Assembly: GCA_015064545.1 (NCBI GenBank)
Contig: SVSA01000003.1
Location: 1 to 49,126 of the forward strand
Source: Oscillospiraceae bacterium
Lineage (GTDB): Bacteria > Bacillota > Clostridia > Oscillospirales > CAG-272
Direction of reading: 5' to 3'
DNA length: 49,126 nt
This document shows positions 45,987 through 49,126 of the stretch, one piece after another (positions within the stretch are counted from its first letter, which is position 1; the number at the start of each line of letters is the position of its first letter). Under the pieces are notes generated by a model that saw only the letters and a program-made list of their open reading frames with translations, searched no databases and had not been told where the DNA came from. The position numbers were made by a program, and so were the translations under genes.

Positions 45987-46979
45987 ATGAACCATACCGT
46001 TGAAGCAGCAAACGAAATGACGGCCGTTTACCGTATTGCCGATGCCTTGTGCGCCGAGGTAGGCAAGGTGGTAACGGGAAAAGAACGTGAAATTACGCTT
46101 CTCGTGGCGGCGTTGATGGCGGGTGGCCATGTGTTGATCGAGGATGTTCCCGGGGTTGGTAAGACAACCTTGGCCGCCTCCTTGGCCAAAGCGGCCGGCC
46201 TGGATTTTTGCCGTGCACAGTTTACACCGGATGTTATGGCGTCGGATATCACCGGGTTTAATGTTTATAATCGCAAGACCGAGAGCTTTGAGTTTCGCCC
46301 CGGTTTAGTGAATACCAATATTTTGTTGGCCGACGAGATCAACCGCGCTTCCCCGAAAACGCAGTCGAGCCTGCTGGAGGCCATGGAGGAGGGACGCGTG
46401 ACGGTGGATGGGACAACCTACGAAATTCCCCATCCGTTCATGGTCATTGCCACCCAGAATCCGATCGGCTTTGTCGGAACCTATCCCTTGCCCGAGGCAC
46501 AGCTCGACCGTTTTGCCCTGCGTCTTCGTATGGGATATCCGACTCCCGAGGAGGAGATTGCCATTCTTCGACGCCGCCAGTCGGGGGATCCCTTTGCATC
46601 AATCACGCCGCTTCCCGGCAAAAAGGCGGTTCAGCTTTTGAAGCAGGCGGCCGAGAAGGTGGTGCTGTCGGCAGAAATTGAGCAATATATTGTTTCACTT
46701 GTCGCGGCAACGCGCCACCATTCGGCGCTAACCCTGGGGGCAAGTCCTCGTGCTTCGCTGACCTTGATGCGTATGACGCGTGCGGTGGCCGTGCTGGCTC
46801 ACCGTCACTATGTGCTGCCCGAGGATGTGGCCGATCTCTTTTTTGAGACGGTTGCACACCGTGTTACGCTGTCTCGTGAGTCGGTGGCCGGCGGTGTATC
46901 GGTGGAGACTGTGCTGTCGGACATTCTTTCGCAGACGCCGGTGCCCTTCCTGACGCGCTCCCGTCGGACAACCGTATGA
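45987..46979 (+). CDS. MoxR-family AAA+ ATPase
   Basis: EDVPGVGKT, QFTPD, LADEINRASPKTQS, ATQNP, LPEAQLDRF. Confidence 0.92.
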   Translation: MNHTVEAANEMTAVYRIADALCAEVGKVVTGKEREITLLVAALMAGGHVLIEDVPGVGKTTLAASLAKAAGLDFCRAQFTPDVMASDITGFNVYNRKTESFEFRPGLVNTNILLADEINRASPKTQSSLLEAMEEGRVTVDGTTYEIPHPFMVIATQNPIGFVGTYPLPEAQLDRFALRLRMGYPTPEEEIAILRRRQSGDPFASITPLPGKKAVQLLKQAAEKVVLSAEIEQYIVSLVAATRHHSALTLGASPRASLTLMRMTRAVAVLAHRHYVLPEDVADLFFETVAHRVTLSRESVAGGVSVETVLSDILSQTPVPFLTRSRRTTV

Positions 46980-48241
46980 AAAAAACGAGCTTGAAGCACC
47001 CCAGCCGTTCGGTGACCGTGCGTCTGCGGTGGGGAACGCTTATCTATTTGTGCTTTTTGGTGTTTTGCGTCATCTTTACCCAGGCGCTGTATTCGCCGGT
47101 CTCGGCTGTCATTTTCATTTTTGCTTTGCTGTTGCCGCCGGCGGAGCTTCTCCTTTTTGCTGTGTCCTGCTTTTTTGTTACGGTAGAGGTAGAGGATGGA
47201 CGTAAAACCATTGTGCGCGGTCATCGGCTGTCGCTTCCGGTTCGCGTGATCAATCACGGATTGATTCCGGTATCACAGTGCGAGGTGGTGCTTTCGGCGC
47301 CCAAGCCGTTTTCGCTGCATTCGATGCTGTTGCGAAAAAACGTGACGTTGCCTTCGTTTTCTGCCTGTGAGGCGGATCTTGCGATTCCCTTTGCCCATCG
47401 CGGCTTGTACCAGGCAGGGGTGGAGGAGATCTATCTCAGCGACTTTTTACATTTGATCCGTGTTCGCCGTCGTATCCGACGGTATGCGGAGGTTTGGGTT
47501 CTGCCACGGCATCTGGATGGCTATGGCGTTTTTCAGCCGACGGAGGGAACCGTAACCTCGGCGCACAGCCCCGAGCGGCATACGCATGCGGATTACGGTG
47601 ACATTCGGGAATATCGGCCGGGCGATTTTATGAAAAGTATCCACTGGAAGCTTTCGACCAAAACGGAGGAGCTGCAGGTTCGAAAGCGTTCCTCAGATGT
47701 CGGACGTACGGTTCTGATTGTTTGTGATCTTGGCGGAAAGCAAGAAGAAGCCTTTTCCTTTATGCCGCATACCGATATCCATTCGGATGACGGGGTGGTT
47801 GAGGAGGCTTTTGCCGTAGCTTGCGAGGCGGCAGCACTCGGAGCCAGCGGGATCATGGCGTTTACGGCGAACGGCGAAAGCCGAACGCTTCACTTTTCGG
47901 ATCTTGCTTCGGCTGAGCGATTGCAGGAATCGCTGGTGGTGGCGGAGGGAGAGGTTTCTTCCGAAGTCTTTGCCCGTTTGGTTGAGACAATGCCGGTTTC
48001 AGAGGGGGTCTCGGTTCTTTATGTAACGGCCTTTTTGTCACATGCCTGTGAGGAACGCTTGATGCTTGCCGCACGGCAGGCGTCCGGTCTTTCCTTTACG
48101 ATCTGCCTTTGTGACAACAAGGCGTATGCGGCGCCGGAAAGACGTCATACCTATGAAACCGAGCGGGAAGCCATCTGCCGTCGTTTCTCTTCGGTCGGTA
48201 TTCGCGTGGTTGTTCCGCGGCGAAAGGAGGATGCGTCATGA
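46976..48241 (+). CDS. DUF58 protein
   Basis: IREYRPGD..KSIHWKLS motif, N-terminal TMs, directly downstream of MoxR. Confidence 0.88.
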   Translation: MKKTSLKHPSRSVTVRLRWGTLIYLCFLVFCVIFTQALYSPVSAVIFIFALLLPPAELLLFAVSCFFVTVEVEDGRKTIVRGHRLSLPVRVINHGLIPVSQCEVVLSAPKPFSLHSMLLRKNVTLPSFSACEADLAIPFAHRGLYQAGVEEIYLSDFLHLIRVRRRIRRYAEVWVLPRHLDGYGVFQPTEGTVTSAHSPERHTHADYGDIREYRPGDFMKSIHWKLSTKTEELQVRKRSSDVGRTVLIVCDLGGKQEEAFSFMPHTDIHSDDGVVEEAFAVACEAAALGASGIMAFTANGESRTLHFSDLASAERLQESLVVAEGEVSSEVFARLVETMPVSEGVSVLYVTAFLSHACEERLMLAARQASGLSFTICLCDNKAYAAPERRHTYETEREAICRRFSSVGIRVVVPRRKEDAS

Positions 48242-49126
48242 AAAACAAATCCCTATCCTCCGACAGCCCCGAAATTTCGGTTTCCTTTGAAACCAAGCGC
48301 CCGCATCCGCAGTACACAATTCTTTGGGAACGTCTGTGTTTGTATGTGGTCACACTTGTGGCTGCCTGTGGTATGAACTGGCTGATGGAAGATGCGCTTC
48401 GCTTGGATGTGAGCTTGGGCGTAAAGCTGGGGCTGCCCTTACTGTTTTTGCTCTTGTTATCCTTACTGATTCCGTCCCGAAAGCCGTTTTGGAAACAGAA
48501 ATCCTTCTGGCTGGGCGTATCCTTAACCGCGGTGGCGGCATGGTTGCTGTCGTTAGCGGCCGATATGAATCCGATTCGGTATCTTCTGGCGGGAGGAGCC
48601 AGGCTGTGGAATCATGCCATGCGCTTGATTGACAGCTTTGGCTTTGTAACATTAGCACCCTTTGCACTCGGAGAAAAAGTGCAGGATAGTGCGATCTTTG
48701 TGCTGCTGTCTTGTCTGACCGTGACGGTGTTTTTTGGTTCAACACGTCGCAAAACCCGTCTTCTTCTCCCCTTCTTTTATTGTCTCGGTTTTTGCTCACC
48801 GCTGTTTGTCTATAATATGATGAGCCATAGTATCGGGTTTGCGCTGGTGGTGTCCGCACTGTTGGCACTCCTTGTGATGCGCTTGTCCGAAAAACGCGCC
48901 GAGGGGGCGGTGCGCGCCGATGTGACCGGCATTACGGCATTGCTCTTGTCCTTACTGCTGTTCATTGGTCCTGTTGCCTCGGTTCGCGAGCCATGGCGGA
49001 CGATTCCGTATGTAACGGAAACCGTGGAATATTTCCGCCAGATCGTTACGAATCTGGTGGAAGGGAAGCCGCTGTTTCCCACACCGGGAACCGGCAATGT
49101 CGCCGACCCCCGCTCGGCGGTTGCCA
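48238..49126 (+). CDS. Polytopic membrane protein, truncated at the window end; probably the transglutaminase-like third gene of the MoxR/DUF58 operon
   Basis: Not in the ORF track. I translated it from ATG 48238 (RBS AGGAGG, ATGA overlap): MKNKSLSSDSPEISVSFETKRPHPQYTILWERLCLYVVTLVAACG..., open to 49126 with many hydrophobic segments. The product call rests on gene context only. Confidence 0.8.
   Translation, partial: MKNKSLSSDSPEISVSFETKRPHPQYTILWERLCLYVVTLVAACGMNWLMEDALRLDVSLGVKLGLPLLFLLLLSLLIPSRKPFWKQKSFWLGVSLTAVAAWLLSLAADMNPIRYLLAGGARLWNHAMRLIDSFGFVTLAPFALGEKVQDSAIFVLLSCLTVTVFFGSTRRKTRLLLPFFYCLGFCSPLFVYNMMSHSIGFALVVSALLALLVMRLSEKRAEGAVRADVTGITALLLSLLLFIGPVASVREPWRTIPYVTETVEYFRQIVTNLVEGKPLFPTPGTGNVADPRSAVA

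Noticed and set aside
45987-49126. MoxR-DUF58-membrane protein operon as a novel system
   Set aside because: This is a common, previously described gene arrangement, and nothing unusual is visible in the part present.

Overview
A 49 kb, gene-dense segment that looks like a Firmicutes chromosome. Near-consensus sigma-A promoters, Gram-positive lipoprotein and anchor signals and a GGGtGRT gene pair suggest an anaerobic Clostridia-type organism (inference). I saw no rRNA, tRNA, CRISPR array, transposase or integrase. Positions ~3-35.5 kb form a large catabolic region with four parts. (i) An unusual operon: CoA-acylating aldehyde dehydrogenase (succinate-semialdehyde dehydrogenase-like), SucC/SucD-like acyl-CoA ligase, ThDP E1 alpha/beta, an E2 that keeps its lipoyl and E3-binding domains but has a shortened catalytic domain without the DHRxxDG motif, and a LarA-family racemase, with no E3 in the window. 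(ii) A kinase/aldolase/2-hydroxyacid dehydrogenase/SDR operon divergent from a SorC-type regulator. (iii) A Gram-positive glycan-utilisation locus: FAD oxidoreductase, solute-binding lipoprotein, two GH2 paralogues, three paralogous surface proteins and an SDR. (iv) A lactonase-like/Zn-dehydrogenase/cupin/DeoC/ribokinase operon. Three surface proteins from two apparently unrelated domain families end in the same non-canonical VVPPQGD-TM-basic tail, a candidate new sorting signal. Two of them have near-identical 5' and 3' flanks around divergent cores, like cassettes. The right third holds an M23 peptidase, the NifU-like/GGGtGRT pair, an APH(3')-family kinase, an HTH-PAPS reductase(DUF3440)-ParB (IbrAB/YbdNM-like) module and a MoxR-DUF58-membrane protein operon that runs off the window end. 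All product calls come from motif recognition by eye, not database searches.
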